A stretch of 64,000 nt of DNA from a virus. The stretch lies in IMG/VR virus record IMGVR_UViG_3300035152_000026, positions 86,002 through 150,001 of that record. One strand, 5' to 3'. This document shows, one piece after another, positions 7,940 through 17,634 of this stretch; within the stretch, counting starts at the first letter, position 1; each line of letters opens with the position of its first letter. The notes beneath the pieces are model-generated. The model was not told where the DNA came from, made no database searches, and saw only the letters and a program-made list of their open reading frames with translations. The translations under genes and the position numbers were made by a program.

Positions 7940-10294
7940 GTGGAACTGCTGCAACCGAATCTGACCACTATTGGGGAGAGTGTCCTAGCGAAACGGTATC
8001 TGAAGCGGAACGAGAAAGGGGAAGTCATCGAGACGCCACGCGACCGCTTCGTTGCAGTAGCCAAGCATGTCGCACGAGCAGAACGCAATCACGGCGTCGA
8101 TCCGGAGACGGTGTGGCCCTCCTTCTATCGCATGATGGCCGCCCGAGATTTCATGCCAAACACGCCCTGCTTGGTAAATGCGGGACTGTCCGCCGGGCTC
8201 CTGTCCGCCTGCATCGTGTTGCCCATCGAGGACTCGATGCCGAGCATCTTCGGAACACTGCGCGACATGGCATTGAGCCACCAACAGGGCGCTGGGACGG
8301 GGTTCAGTTTTTCGCGGCTGCGCCCCAAAGACGACTTCGTGCGATCCACTACCGGACTTGCGAGTGGTCCGATCAGCTTCATGAAGGCATACAACAACGT
8401 TACGGAGTGCGTGAAGCAAAGCGGCGTTCGGCGCGGGGCGAACATAAGCGTCTTGCGTTGCGACCACCCGGATATTCTCGACTTCATCGACTGCAAGAAA
8501 GATCCGAGCGAGCTACAGAACTTCAACATCAGTGTCGGGATCACGAACGCCTTCATGGACGCGTTGGCAGCAGACGCAATGTACGCGCTGGTCAACCCAC
8601 GCACGAATGAGGTTGTGAGCGAGCTAGCAGCTCGAATGGTTTTCGATCGGGTCGTTCGCAACGCACATGCCACAGGTGAGCCAGGGCTCTTCTTCCTAGA
8701 TCGTGTGAATGAACTCGATCCGTTGACGACGGCCGACGATCCGATTGAAGCCCCAAATCCATGCGGCGAGCAGCCACTTCACCCGTATGACGCTTGCGAT
8801 CTGGGATCGATCAATCTCGTCAACTTCTACGACGTAGCAAATCGAGAATTGGACTTCAAGCGACTCGAAGCTACGACGCAGCTCGCTGTGCGCTTCCTCG
8901 ATGACATCCACGACGTCAACCAGTACCCGATTCCTCAGTTGGCAGAACGCACACGGGAAAATCGCCGTGTTGGCCTCGGCGTCATGGGCTGGGCGGACCT
9001 CCTGATCAAGATGGGTGTTCCCTACGCGTCACAGCAAGCGCGCGACCTCGCCGGCAACGTGATGAAGTTCATCAACACGCAGGCAATCGAAGCCAGCGAG
9101 GAGCTAGCAGCGCTTCGTGGACCGTTTCCAGCATTCGAGCGTTCAAAACACTTCACGGCGGGGCGCAAACACCGTCGCAACGGGACGGTGACCACGATTG
9201 CGCCAACCGGATCCATCTCGATCATCGCGGGATGTTCTAGCGGCATAGAGCCGTTGTTTGCCATCGTCCAGACGCGCAGGCAAGCCGACATGGAGATGGT
9301 AGACGTCAACCCAGACTTCGTCGAGATCGCGAAGCGGGAAGGCTTCTACAGTGATGCGCTCATGGAACGCGTCAAAGAGAACGGCACCGTTCGAGACGAT
9401 CCCGACGTGCCCACACGATGGCAACGTGTCTTCGCGGTCGCCAACGAAATCGATCCAGCTGCGCATGTGCAGATGCAAGCCGCATTTCAGCAGCACGTCG
9501 AGTGCGCGGTGTCCAAAACGATCAACATGCCCAAAGACGCGACCGTTGCTGACGTAGAACGCGCCTACAAGCTCGCCTGGGAAGAAGGTTGCAAGGGCAT
9601 CACGGTCTATCGCGATCAGTGCCGTGCGAATCAAACCCTGACGCTTGGTACCGGCAAGCGCCCCGAGCTGCACCCCATCCCGACGGGTACATATGATCTC
9701 CTCGGCGAGATGATCAAGACGCCCACAGGCAAGCTCAGCGTCAAGGTCGGGTTGGACATCAACGACCGGCCGTTTGAAACCTGGCTCGCTGTCAGCCGTG
9801 CTGGCACAGCAGTCAGCGCCGACTGTGAGGCCATTGCCCGGCTGGGATCCCTGGTGCTCCGGCTGGACAGCCCGATCAGCCCCGAGCGGCGCCTCCAGCT
9901 CATCGCGGACCAGCTCTCGGGCATCGGCGGGGGGGATTCGGTGGGATTTGGGCAAGAACGGGTCCTGTCACTCCCAGATGGGGTCGCCAAGGCCCTCCGT
10001 TCGCTCGCTGACGCGCTCGAAAGCCGCCGAGCGTCTACGCAGGCCTCGCCAGCAGAGGCCGTCGTAGAGCCTCCAGGGGCACCTAAGGGGGATAGCCACG
10101 GCAACGGGCACGGCAATGGGCACGGGCACGGAAATGGCCATGGAAACGGCAACGGGAATGGGAATGGCAACGGTAACGGCAACGGCCACAAACACGTTGC
10201 CTTCGGCGACATCTGCCCAGATTGCCACCAGGTCGCGCTGTACTACGCCGAGGGCTGCGCCAAGTGCGCGCTGTGCGGCTTCTCGCGTTGTTGA
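7940..10294 (+). CDS. nrdJ: ribonucleotide reductase, class II-like monomeric (adenosylcobalamin-dependent type), with a (GHGN)n low-complexity insert and a C-terminal zinc ribbon
   Basis: NPCGEQPLHPYDACDLGSINL is the RNR active-site motif. The length (784 aa) and the C-terminal CPDCH...CAKCALCGFSRC zinc ribbon fit the class II monomeric type. The GHGNGHGNGHGHGNGHGNGNGNGNGNGNGH insert lies at 10086-10190. Confidence 0.75.
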   Translation: MELLQPNLTTIGESVLAKRYLKRNEKGEVIETPRDRFVAVAKHVARAERNHGVDPETVWPSFYRMMAARDFMPNTPCLVNAGLSAGLLSACIVLPIEDSMPSIFGTLRDMALSHQQGAGTGFSFSRLRPKDDFVRSTTGLASGPISFMKAYNNVTECVKQSGVRRGANISVLRCDHPDILDFIDCKKDPSELQNFNISVGITNAFMDALAADAMYALVNPRTNEVVSELAARMVFDRVVRNAHATGEPGLFFLDRVNELDPLTTADDPIEAPNPCGEQPLHPYDACDLGSINLVNFYDVANRELDFKRLEATTQLAVRFLDDIHDVNQYPIPQLAERTRENRRVGLGVMGWADLLIKMGVPYASQQARDLAGNVMKFINTQAIEASEELAALRGPFPAFERSKHFTAGRKHRRNGTVTTIAPTGSISIIAGCSSGIEPLFAIVQTRRQADMEMVDVNPDFVEIAKREGFYSDALMERVKENGTVRDDPDVPTRWQRVFAVANEIDPAAHVQMQAAFQQHVECAVSKTINMPKDATVADVERAYKLAWEEGCKGITVYRDQCRANQTLTLGTGKRPELHPIPTGTYDLLGEMIKTPTGKLSVKVGLDINDRPFETWLAVSRAGTAVSADCEAIARLGSLVLRLDSPISPERRLQLIADQLSGIGGGDSVGFGQERVLSLPDGVAKALRSLADALESRRASTQASPAEAVVEPPGAPKGDSHGNGHGNGHGHGNGHGNGNGNGNGNGNGNGHKHVAFGDICPDCHQVALYYAEGCAKCALCGFSRC

Positions 10295-10360
10295 TACACG
10301 CAGCTTGCCTACGCAGACAACACTAGTGGGGCTGTCACACCTCTGTGTTATGGCATAGAC

Positions 10361-10702
10361 GTGAACTCTCCTGATCCCGCCTTTGCCAACCAAATCATTT
10401 GCTGCTGGAGCACGACCATGTTTGCTGCTGCTGATCCTCGAATCCAGGAAGCCGCCGCCGTAGCCGCCAATGCTCTGTCGAAGTTCGAGGAAGCTCGCAG
10501 GGAGGTTGTTGAGCGCGTTCAACAAGTCGCGCAGCAGACCGCTGCCAGCATGGAAATTGGCTGGGCCGCGAGCGAGGAAGGCAAGCGTGAGGCTGAGGCG
10601 TTCATCGAGGAGAGCGCGGCCGGCAGAAACGGGTTCTCGGACCTGTACTCCAACGTCCTTGCTGACTGGATCATCAGTCAGGCCCGCGATCGACTCGCCT
10701 AG
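10361..10702 (+). CDS. hypothetical protein
   Basis: 113-aa ORF. Confidence 0.35.
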   Translation: MNSPDPAFANQIICCWSTTMFAAADPRIQEAAAVAANALSKFEEARREVVERVQQVAQQTAASMEIGWAASEEGKREAEAFIEESAAGRNGFSDLYSNVLADWIISQARDRLA

Positions 10703-10733
10703 ACTGTCTACCCCCGCACAGAACCCTATTTTG

Positions 10734-10747
10734 ATCGCGTGAGCGAT
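10734..10747. promoter_or_regulatory. palindromic motif variant ATCGCGTGAGCGAT (copy 3), upstream of the 10765 gene
   Basis: Imperfect member of the ATCGCG-N-CGCGAT family, 18 bp upstream of the ATG. Confidence 0.3.
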
Positions 10748-10764
10748 CATGATAGGGTAGTTTC

Positions 10765-11097
10765 ATGCCGAAAAAGAGCTACCAGTACTGGGGCGTCTAC
10801 GAGACAGGCGTCGCGGCCACTCCGCGCGGTCCGAAGAAGATCGTCGAGGAGATGGCGGGGATGCTCTCCAAGCCGGACAACACCGGGCGCCAGGTATGCA
10901 TCAAGAAGGGCGAGCGTGGGTTTGGAACGCTGGGTGAGGCGACGGGCGTTTGCTACATCAACGGCGTGCGGCAACTAAGCCGCAAACCGCGGGCGCCGCG
11001 TCCGCGCAAACCCAAGCCACTCGCGGCCCCTATCTCAGCTCCAGCGCCAACGCTAGCCGCCCCGGAGCTGCCTCCCGAACCAAAAAAGCCTGAATAG
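10765..11097 (+). CDS. hypothetical protein, basic/proline-rich C-terminus
   Basis: 110-aa ORF. Confidence 0.35.
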   Translation: MPKKSYQYWGVYETGVAATPRGPKKIVEEMAGMLSKPDNTGRQVCIKKGERGFGTLGEATGVCYINGVRQLSRKPRAPRPRKPKPLAAPISAPAPTLAAPELPPEPKKPE

Positions 11098-11106
11098 GAG
11101 AGAGTC

Positions 11107-11508
11107 ATGCTAGCTACGTCAGAGTCGTGCCCACCTGAGGTACTCCAAGATTTCATCACCCACATGGGCATTCCAACGACGGGCACCGGGAAGTACGAGG
11201 TCCGCTCGCAGGTCATCAAAGACAACAAGCTCTACTACGCCGTGGAGAGCTACGAAGAAGAAACCGATGCGAAGGGCCAATTCGATCGGGAAGAGATCAG
11301 CGGCGGCAAAGTTGTCAGCGCAATCGTCGTCGCACCAAACGGCCAGCTCACTTCCTCCAAGGGTTGCCCGGTGAAGCGTGAAGACGTCGAGAAGAGTGGA
11401 GGCCTGACCAAACGCAAGTGGTTCTGGCCCGTCGTCATCACCATCGTTGCAGCAGCAGGCATCGGCGCGACCATCTACTTCGTCCGTAGGCGCAAAGCTC
11501 AAGCGTAG
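11107..11508 (+). CDS. hypothetical protein with a C-terminal transmembrane helix
   Basis: WFWPVVITIVAAAGIGATIYFV hydrophobic segment. Confidence 0.4.
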   Translation: MLATSESCPPEVLQDFITHMGIPTTGTGKYEVRSQVIKDNKLYYAVESYEEETDAKGQFDREEISGGKVVSAIVVAPNGQLTSSKGCPVKREDVEKSGGLTKRKWFWPVVITIVAAAGIGATIYFVRRRKAQA

Positions 11509-11780
11509 CCATGCGCAAGACGAATCACCTCAAGCTCGACGCCTTCTGCCGGAACGGTAAACAAACCGAGGACGGCGTCAGCAAGTGCTACACGCGGATG
11601 TGCTATCGGGCAGCACCTGGTATGCCCGTCTACTGTGGCAAAGGATGGGGTGAGGATCGTGTTACGTCCGAAAAGATGGCGATGGAAAATCTGTTTTTCG
11701 CTTTGGAAAAAGCTATCTTCCCGTGACCGGCTGACACTGGGCTCGCGCAGACTTAGCAATCCTATGGTAGCGTAGAAGCC

Positions 11781-12179
11781 ATGTCGATCTCGAAAATTCC
11801 CGTATGGGTCTGGTGGGCCGGCGGTACGATGTTGCTAATCGGAGCTGGTACAGCGACCGCACTAGCGGTCCGTGGTCGGAAGGGCGGCACTGTCGGCGCC
11901 TGGGAAGAAGACTACGACTACGACGACGAGGAAGAGTACCTGTCCCCGTGGGAGGAGCAGGTCGAGGCCTTTCAACATCGTCACCCGCAAGCGCCGGGTT
12001 GCAGCCGTGAATACGACATGGCTGACGCGCTCGCAAAGGCATACCGCACGAGTGCTGCGATGCATTGCGAGAACGTGGATGCACTGCACTCAGCCATCAA
12101 GGCAGCCTGGGAGGGCAAGTGCAAAGTCGCGCGTAGACTCATCCGCAAGGCGCGCTGCGACCACAACCCGAGAAGATAA
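11781..12179 (+). CDS. hypothetical membrane protein (N-terminal TM helix)
   Basis: VWVWWAGGTMLLIGAGTATALAV hydrophobic segment. Confidence 0.4.
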   Translation: MSISKIPVWVWWAGGTMLLIGAGTATALAVRGRKGGTVGAWEEDYDYDDEEEYLSPWEEQVEAFQHRHPQAPGCSREYDMADALAKAYRTSAAMHCENVDALHSAIKAAWEGKCKVARRLIRKARCDHNPRR

Positions 12180-12182
12180 CCG

Positions 12183-12395
12183 ATGGCGAAGCGAAAGATT
12201 ACCGCCTGTGATGCCAAACGCCGGTTGATTGCCGAGGGCATCGATTTCCGACAAGACTTCCATCAGCTTCGCAATGACGACGTCTGCAAGATCCTTGACG
12301 CCGCGAAGGCAGCTCGCTACCACAAGAGCAAGAACGCGCCAGGCTCGCGAGCGCGCATGTACTACCAGTATCTCAAGCGAAAACGCGGCTGCTAG
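12183..12395 (+). CDS. hypothetical small basic protein
   Basis: 70-aa ORF. Confidence 0.3.
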   Translation: MAKRKITACDAKRRLIAEGIDFRQDFHQLRNDDVCKILDAAKAARYHKSKNAPGSRARMYYQYLKRKRGC

Positions 12396-12913
12396 CATGG
12401 GCACGGACGCGAAGACAGAAGCCTACTCCGCGGCGCGCTACTTCGTCGCCGCGATCATCATCCGGCTTGGCTGGGAGGTCGGCGGCTGGATCTGGCTGAA
12501 GCTCGCAGCATAGGGAGCGCCATGAAAGCCTCGAAAAGTTTCAACAAGCACGCCGCTACAACGTGAGGTTAGCACCCGAGTGTGGCGCCGTGGTACGTTG
12601 AGACATGATCGGAGGAAGGAGACTAGGAATGAAATGGCTCGTTGCACCAGTTGATCAGGGCCAGGCGGTTGAGGTGAGCTTCGCCTTCGACGAGAACGGC
12701 TGGTATCGCAAGACCCGAGATCGTTCGCTGCCTAGTACGCACCGCGACGCGATCGAATGCCACCGCGTCTCCTAGCGCGCGGTCGAAAAAGAGTTCGGCT
12801 CCGACGTCGAGTTCGAGCCGCAGAACGGCATGCCGTCACGTTACGCGACCCGCAAGCTGCCGTGGAAGCGTATCGCCTGTCCGCGTCGTCGCTAGCCGAG
12901 GCAGCTATTAGCT

Positions 12914-13195
12914 GTGCAGCGCCTGAACGGCTACACGCGTGATTGCGGAACCTGTGATATCTTGGCTTCGGAGGTAATCATGCGAAAGAGCTGCGGCCGA
13001 CCGAGCGATCCCTTCTACACACTGCGCCGAGGCGACATCGGAAAGGCGCGGATCTGTGCCTTCGGCAAATGGTGGCCGACCGAAGACTTCATCGGCCGTG
13101 TGCTCACCAAGGACGTCGGCAAGCGTGTCTACAAGCGCAGAGGCATTCTTCAAGTCGAGAACGACGCACAGCGCGCACGTCGGCTGCGACGCTGA
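12914..13195 (+). CDS. hypothetical protein
   Basis: 93-aa ORF. Confidence 0.3.
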   Translation: MQRLNGYTRDCGTCDILASEVIMRKSCGRPSDPFYTLRRGDIGKARICAFGKWWPTEDFIGRVLTKDVGKRVYKRRGILQVENDAQRARRLRR

Positions 13196-13270
13196 TACAT
13201 TCCATGGGCCGTAACCCGCGGTGAGCGTCAAAAAGACGGCACCACCAACACGACTACGCAAGCCGGTAAC

Positions 13271-13633
13271 ATGAAGTATATGCGTTGGTACCATGGGACA
13301 TCAACCGCAGCAGATCTAGCCGTTGGAGACTTTCTCGATCCCGCTTACGCTACTCATGAGGCATTCGTTTGGGCAACGGCCTCACCTCGGCATGCTCAGT
13401 ACTTTGCGGAAAGTCGGGCCGCTATCGACGACGGCGAGCCAATCGTTTTCGTTGTACGTCTTACGGAGTACGCTACGGTCAGCACACTCACTAGGTACGA
13501 CGAGGAAGCCTTAGAGGAGCTGCAAGAAGAAGGTGTTGATGCGGTCATCATTCCCGAGGGTGAGGACGGCAATCCAGAACTGGCAATTTTGAGCTGCTCA
13601 GCTGCCTTCGTTTCCGGTATCGTAGAGTTGTGA
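13271..13633 (+). CDS. hypothetical acidic protein
   Basis: 120-aa ORF. Confidence 0.35.
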   Translation: MKYMRWYHGTSTAADLAVGDFLDPAYATHEAFVWATASPRHAQYFAESRAAIDDGEPIVFVVRLTEYATVSTLTRYDEEALEELQEEGVDAVIIPEGEDGNPELAILSCSAAFVSGIVEL

Positions 13634-13778
13634 GCGACCGACTCAAATTCCGGCGCGTCCGTAAGGGCCTCTGGCGGCACCGCACGTACACGGCTGAGAA
13701 GCAAGGCTCGAAGTGGACCGTTCGCAAAGGGGGCCGCGTGGTTTGCGACGGTGCAAAGGATCTGACAGCTGCAAGTAG

Positions 13779-14279
13779 TTGCATCGTCGAGGACAGGAAC
13801 AAGTAATGCCCAGCTACCCGAAGTGCAGTCGCGTCGAAATCCGCACGTACCTCGTAGATGAGTACGAAGGCGGACGCGACTACGAGCTGACTGCGTTCAT
13901 GGGTGGCAGTACTGTCGGCAGTATGGATCTGTCTACACAGGAACTCGAAGGCCGCCCTATCCTGGGCGTAGAGTACGCGAAGGTGCTGACGCCCCGATGC
14001 GGTATCGGAACGAAGCTCTACGAACGTGCGCTACAACTTGCTTGTGAGAACGGCATACCGCTCGCATCTGATACGGCAAGGACCGTGGCTTCTGAAGGCT
14101 TCTGGGCGAAGCAGACAACGAAGGGTCGTGCGCATTGCTATCTGGGAGATCGACCTGGAAGGCGGCTACGACACACGCCAGGCGGGTTTGATACCGAGGG
14201 CACGTGGCCCTGCTACAGGTATGCAATGCGTGAGGCATGCCCACGCAAGCTGGATCTCAGCGGCCGCCGCCGTCGCTAG
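13779..14279 (+). CDS. putative GNAT-family acetyltransferase-like protein
   Basis: RCGIGTKLYERALQLA resembles the acetyl-CoA binding motif (R/Q-x-x-G-x-G/A). This is a weak assignment. Confidence 0.35.
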   Translation: MHRRGQEQVMPSYPKCSRVEIRTYLVDEYEGGRDYELTAFMGGSTVGSMDLSTQELEGRPILGVEYAKVLTPRCGIGTKLYERALQLACENGIPLASDTARTVASEGFWAKQTTKGRAHCYLGDRPGRRLRHTPGGFDTEGTWPCYRYAMREACPRKLDLSGRRRR

Positions 14280-14569
14280 ACAGGGCTGACCGACTTCGCG
14301 GTCTTGAGGGCCTCGCGGACTGGTGGAAACGCTGCGATGAGGAAACCCATCGCGAGCCCCATCACACCCATCAAAAGGATGGTAGTGGTCGCTGGCTGCC
14401 GAAACCAGCGAGCGTAGCTACAATGCCAGGCTTGGTCGTCAGGGTTGTACCGGCATTGGAGTGGCACGTCCTCGGGGATGACTGGCGCGACGATACGGTT
14501 CGCCGTGTATGCGGTAGGGGTCGGCGAGAGTGCTGATGTAACCGTGCCCGCTTGCTGCAATGTCAACAT
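14276..14569 (-). CDS. hypothetical membrane protein
   Basis: 97 aa with a hydrophobic C-terminal segment. Confidence 0.3.
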   Translation of the reverse strand: MLTLQQAGTVTSALSPTPTAYTANRIVAPVIPEDVPLQCRYNPDDQAWHCSYARWFRQPATTTILLMGVMGLAMGFLIAAFPPVREALKTAKSVSPV

Positions 14570-14579
14570 ACGTCAGCCT

Positions 14580-14825
14580 CTACCGGCAGCGTTTCTCAGC
14601 CTTCGTCAGCCATTGCAGGAAGGATCGCGGATAGGTCAGGTCACCTGCACCAGACTTCATCGCGCGCTCTGCTGCTTTGTCCGTAGTCTCTTCAACGAAA
14701 CGGATGGTCTTCGGATCGTTTGGGATCGCGAAGTTGTAGAAGTTCGACCGTCGGGGCTCCCTTTTACGGATCAGTCCCGTTTGCGGCTCGAAGAATACAC
14801 ACCGTGGGTACTGTGCGCGTGCCAT
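14580..14825 (-). CDS. hypothetical protein
   Basis: 81-aa ORF. Confidence 0.3.
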   Translation of the reverse strand: MARAQYPRCVFFEPQTGLIRKREPRRSNFYNFAIPNDPKTIRFVEETTDKAAERAMKSGAGDLTYPRSFLQWLTKAEKRCR

Positions 14826-15038
14826 GTCGCCAGTCTATCAACTCCAACCAGAATATGGTAGCGCGTCGTCAAATGCGCATAAAGACGACGCTGCTGGCTG
14901 CGATTGTCGCTCCGGTAGCCAGTGCTGTAGGCAGCGGTCGCGCGCCTAGCACCTGCGCTAGCAGCCCCACGATGAGCCCGGCGCCGAGACTCACAGCAAC
15001 GGCTGCAATCTCTGCCCGACGCTGTTCTTCAGTGGTGA

Positions 15039-15341
15039 CTAGCGCAAGCATCGGTCTGTGAAACTCGCGTGAAAGAGAATGATACGGCGTTGCAGCTTCA
15101 CCGCGGCGCTGTACAAACGCTTGGCTTGTGTCACTTGGCCTTTGCTGAGCTGACCTACCTGAGCCTTCGCCGCGCGTGACTCCGATAGCGCCTTACCGAT
15201 TCGGTTGGCGCTGAGAAGAAACGCGGTCGCAGCCTCTTTGCAGGCAACTGCATCGCGGGCACGTTTCAGCTCTTGCGCAGCTTCTTTGACTGCCTGTTTG
15301 CCGTTCTGGAGGTGTTCGTACGCCGGTGCACCGAGTCTCAT
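15039..15341 (-). CDS. hypothetical protein
   Basis: 100-aa ORF, alanine/lysine-rich. Confidence 0.3.
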   Translation of the reverse strand: MRLGAPAYEHLQNGKQAVKEAAQELKRARDAVACKEAATAFLLSANRIGKALSESRAAKAQVGQLSKGQVTQAKRLYSAAVKLQRRIILFHASFTDRCLR

Positions 15342-15359
15342 TCGACTAACGTATCACGT

Positions 15360-16460
15360 CTACGGATTGGCTGCGACTGTCTCGGTTTTATCCCGCGTAC
15401 GATAACGGATCGCGACGTTGCTAGGGTGCAGTACAAGCCGTTGCCACACCGTGCGGCCGCCCTTCGGCTTCCAATCCTCCCATACGCCTCCTACCCAGGC
15501 TGGGCGTGGGTCCGGGCCGTGTTGGTGGAAGGCCAATTCGGTCGCGCGTGTAGCGAACCTGAGGGCCGGTAGCGCGTCTGTGATCTGCTTGAGTCGCTGG
15601 GTGGCGTTGTTCATCGAGCGGGGCTTCCCGAACTTGCCGTGGAGGCCCGGTTGGACGTCCACAATAGCCTCGAACGCGGTCACGACGACCTTCTCGGCCG
15701 GACCGATCTCGGTAACCTCTGGCTTGACGTAGTCCTTCTTGGGCTCGTCTACGCGACGTTCCTTGATCCAGGCACGCAGCGCGCGTGCTTCCTCTTCCAT
15801 GCGTGCGATAAGGACCTTTGTTGCGAGGTAGTACTTGCCGTAGAAGCTCGGCCAGCGGTTCGGGTGGACGAAGTTCTTGAAGACGATCTTGTTGCCGGTC
15901 CAGAGCTTCTTGTCGTTGATCCAGTCGTTCTCCTTCGCGGTGGGAACGAACTCGATGGTCTTCCAACCTGAATGCCAGGTGCCGTCGATATCAACGATCA
16001 TGAAGTTGCGGAAGGCGCCAACGTCCTGCACGTCGTCAGCGGACGTCATCACGTTCATGTCCTTGACCAACACACCAAAGCTGAAGACGTCTTTGTTCGA
16101 GCGCAGACCAACGATGTGTCCGTGTCGGTTGTCCTTCGAGATGACGTGCTCGGTGGACTTCTTCGTCGTGGGCCGGCGATTCCGGTAGGTGGGTAGATTG
16201 ATGACCGCGCGGCGGTCAACGAGCGCAGCCAGGAAGCAGCTCAGGTCGAGGTCAGTTGGGGATAGCACACCGTTGTCGAGGAGCGCCGGACCTGGCTTCC
16301 GGGCGTAGAGATCGTAGGCCCAGTAGTTTGTCAACGTCGTCGTTAGCTCGGCTACGTCGTTGCTGCGGTCACTGATCGGCGCAAGCAGATCGCCGAGAGT
16401 CTTGTCTTTGAGGGGCGAGCGGGTTGCCATGATTTCCTCCGTATGGAGACACCATAGCAA
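15360..16460 (-). CDS. hypothetical protein (366 aa). Nucleotidyltransferase or ligase function was considered but is not supported.
   Basis: Long clean ORF. No KxDG ligase motif is present. Confidence 0.5.
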   Translation of the reverse strand: MLWCLHTEEIMATRSPLKDKTLGDLLAPISDRSNDVAELTTTLTNYWAYDLYARKPGPALLDNGVLSPTDLDLSCFLAALVDRRAVINLPTYRNRRPTTKKSTEHVISKDNRHGHIVGLRSNKDVFSFGVLVKDMNVMTSADDVQDVGAFRNFMIVDIDGTWHSGWKTIEFVPTAKENDWINDKKLWTGNKIVFKNFVHPNRWPSFYGKYYLATKVLIARMEEEARALRAWIKERRVDEPKKDYVKPEVTEIGPAEKVVVTAFEAIVDVQPGLHGKFGKPRSMNNATQRLKQITDALPALRFATRATELAFHQHGPDPRPAWVGGVWEDWKPKGGRTVWQRLVLHPSNVAIRYRTRDKTETVAANP

Positions 16461-16472
16461 CCGGGTGTGACA

Positions 16473-16799
16473 CTAGTGGCCAGCCCAGGCGCAGCTGTTG
16501 CGCACGCCTTTTTGCTCGGCCTTCTTCGCGATACGCGCGTACTTGGCCGCGTCCTTCTTGCGGCCCGCGTTCTTGGACCGCGTCACCATCTGAGCCGCTC
16601 GGCCCTTGGCTGCGAGGAGCCCCTGACAGTCCACCACGCACGGCCCACTCTTGGCGATGATAGGGAAGCTGAGGTTCTTCGGATCGAGGAACGCTTTGCG
16701 GCCGCATCGATCGAAGAGCTGCCGGCGCTGCTTCATCGTCTTCGGTGACACTTTGTGCCAGCCGCGGGTAATCGTGAATTCTTGCTTTTTTGCCATCAT
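16473..16799 (-). CDS. hypothetical basic protein
   Basis: 108 aa, lysine/arginine-rich. A palindromic motif lies directly upstream. Confidence 0.4.
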   Translation of the reverse strand: MMAKKQEFTITRGWHKVSPKTMKQRRQLFDRCGRKAFLDPKNLSFPIIAKSGPCVVDCQGLLAAKGRAAQMVTRSKNAGRKKDAAKYARIAKKAEQKGVRNSCAWAGH

Positions 16800-16811
16800 A
16801 GCCTCGTAGAA

Positions 16812-16825
16812 ATCGCGTCTGCGAT
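16812..16825. promoter_or_regulatory. palindromic motif ATCGCGTCTGCGAT (copy 4), 13 bp upstream of the minus-strand gene start at 16799
   Basis: Family member between two minus-strand genes. Confidence 0.35.
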
Positions 16826-16856
16826 CTTCACTCTACTACGATTCTAGCTGGCCGCA

Positions 16857-17249
16857 CTAGGCCTCGATGATTGGCTCGAACTTGCCCGAATAGTCAACGG
16901 CGCGTACCCAACCACACTTGCTCGGCATCCACCCGTGCCCAAACGACAGCTTGCGTGGGTCGAGCCCCAGCTCTTCGCCGATAGCTGTGAGCAACTCGCG
17001 CTCTTCGTCCCAATCGTTCTCGATGACTTGGTGGTAGTACCAGTCAATGTAGACGTCGATCGAAAGCATTGGCCGGATGTTCCGTCCGGGCCACCAACTT
17101 GCCGGCACTTGGCGTTCTTGCCACTCGCCTGACCACTTGTCTTTCTCACGCCTCCAAAAGATGACGTCTACATCCAGGTCGGCCACGTAGGGCCCAACGC
17201 CGGTTTCATAGATGCCCGGCCGGATCTTGGCTAACGGTTGTCGTGGCAT
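16857..17249 (-). CDS. hypothetical protein (Trp-rich)
   Basis: 130-aa ORF. Confidence 0.4.
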   Translation of the reverse strand: MPRQPLAKIRPGIYETGVGPYVADLDVDVIFWRREKDKWSGEWQERQVPASWWPGRNIRPMLSIDVYIDWYYHQVIENDWDEERELLTAIGEELGLDPRKLSFGHGWMPSKCGWVRAVDYSGKFEPIIEA

Positions 17250-17351
17250 GGTTTAGTCTAACTCGAAACCGCTGCCAATCGCGTCTCTGATCGAATTTCT
17301 TGCTGTCCCCCGGTCTCTCTGTCAGGGGCCGCCGGGCAACGAATCGTCGGC

Positions 17352-17582
17352 CTATAGATCGGCCGGCTTCTTCTTTGGCCAGGCATCCATCTTCGTCGCC
17401 TGTTCACGAGCGCGACGGGACAGCTCTGGGTCACCGCCGCGTTCGTCGTTGAGTTTCGCCCAGTGCCGTACAGCATCACCGGACACAGCGTCCTGGCCTC
17501 GAATCAGGAACACAGGTTCGTTCTCCGGGATCGCGTTCGTCGGATCTTGAATTCGGTTGTAGTCATCTCGTGCATGCTTCAT
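17352..17582 (-). CDS. hypothetical protein
   Basis: 76-aa ORF. Confidence 0.3.
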   Translation of the reverse strand: MKHARDDYNRIQDPTNAIPENEPVFLIRGQDAVSGDAVRHWAKLNDERGGDPELSRRAREQATKMDAWPKKKPADL

Positions 17583-17634
17583 TTTTCTGTTCCTCTCGAC
17601 GTTTTCGCGACACCATCGCTACGTTAACCGTGGG

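Noticed and set aside
8125-10750. Long minus-strand ORFs (8125-8673, 9143-9955, 9631-10212, 9968-10750) antisense to the ribonucleotide reductase gene
   Set aside because: They lie entirely within a well-supported plus-strand gene and their low-complexity, Arg/Ala/Pro-rich translations are typical of spurious high-GC antisense frames.
15360-16460. Possible RNA/DNA ligase or nucleotidyltransferase, expected as a tRNA-repair partner of the array
   Set aside because: No KxDG (motif I) or other covalent nucleotidyltransferase motifs could be found by eye. This is an inference from context only.
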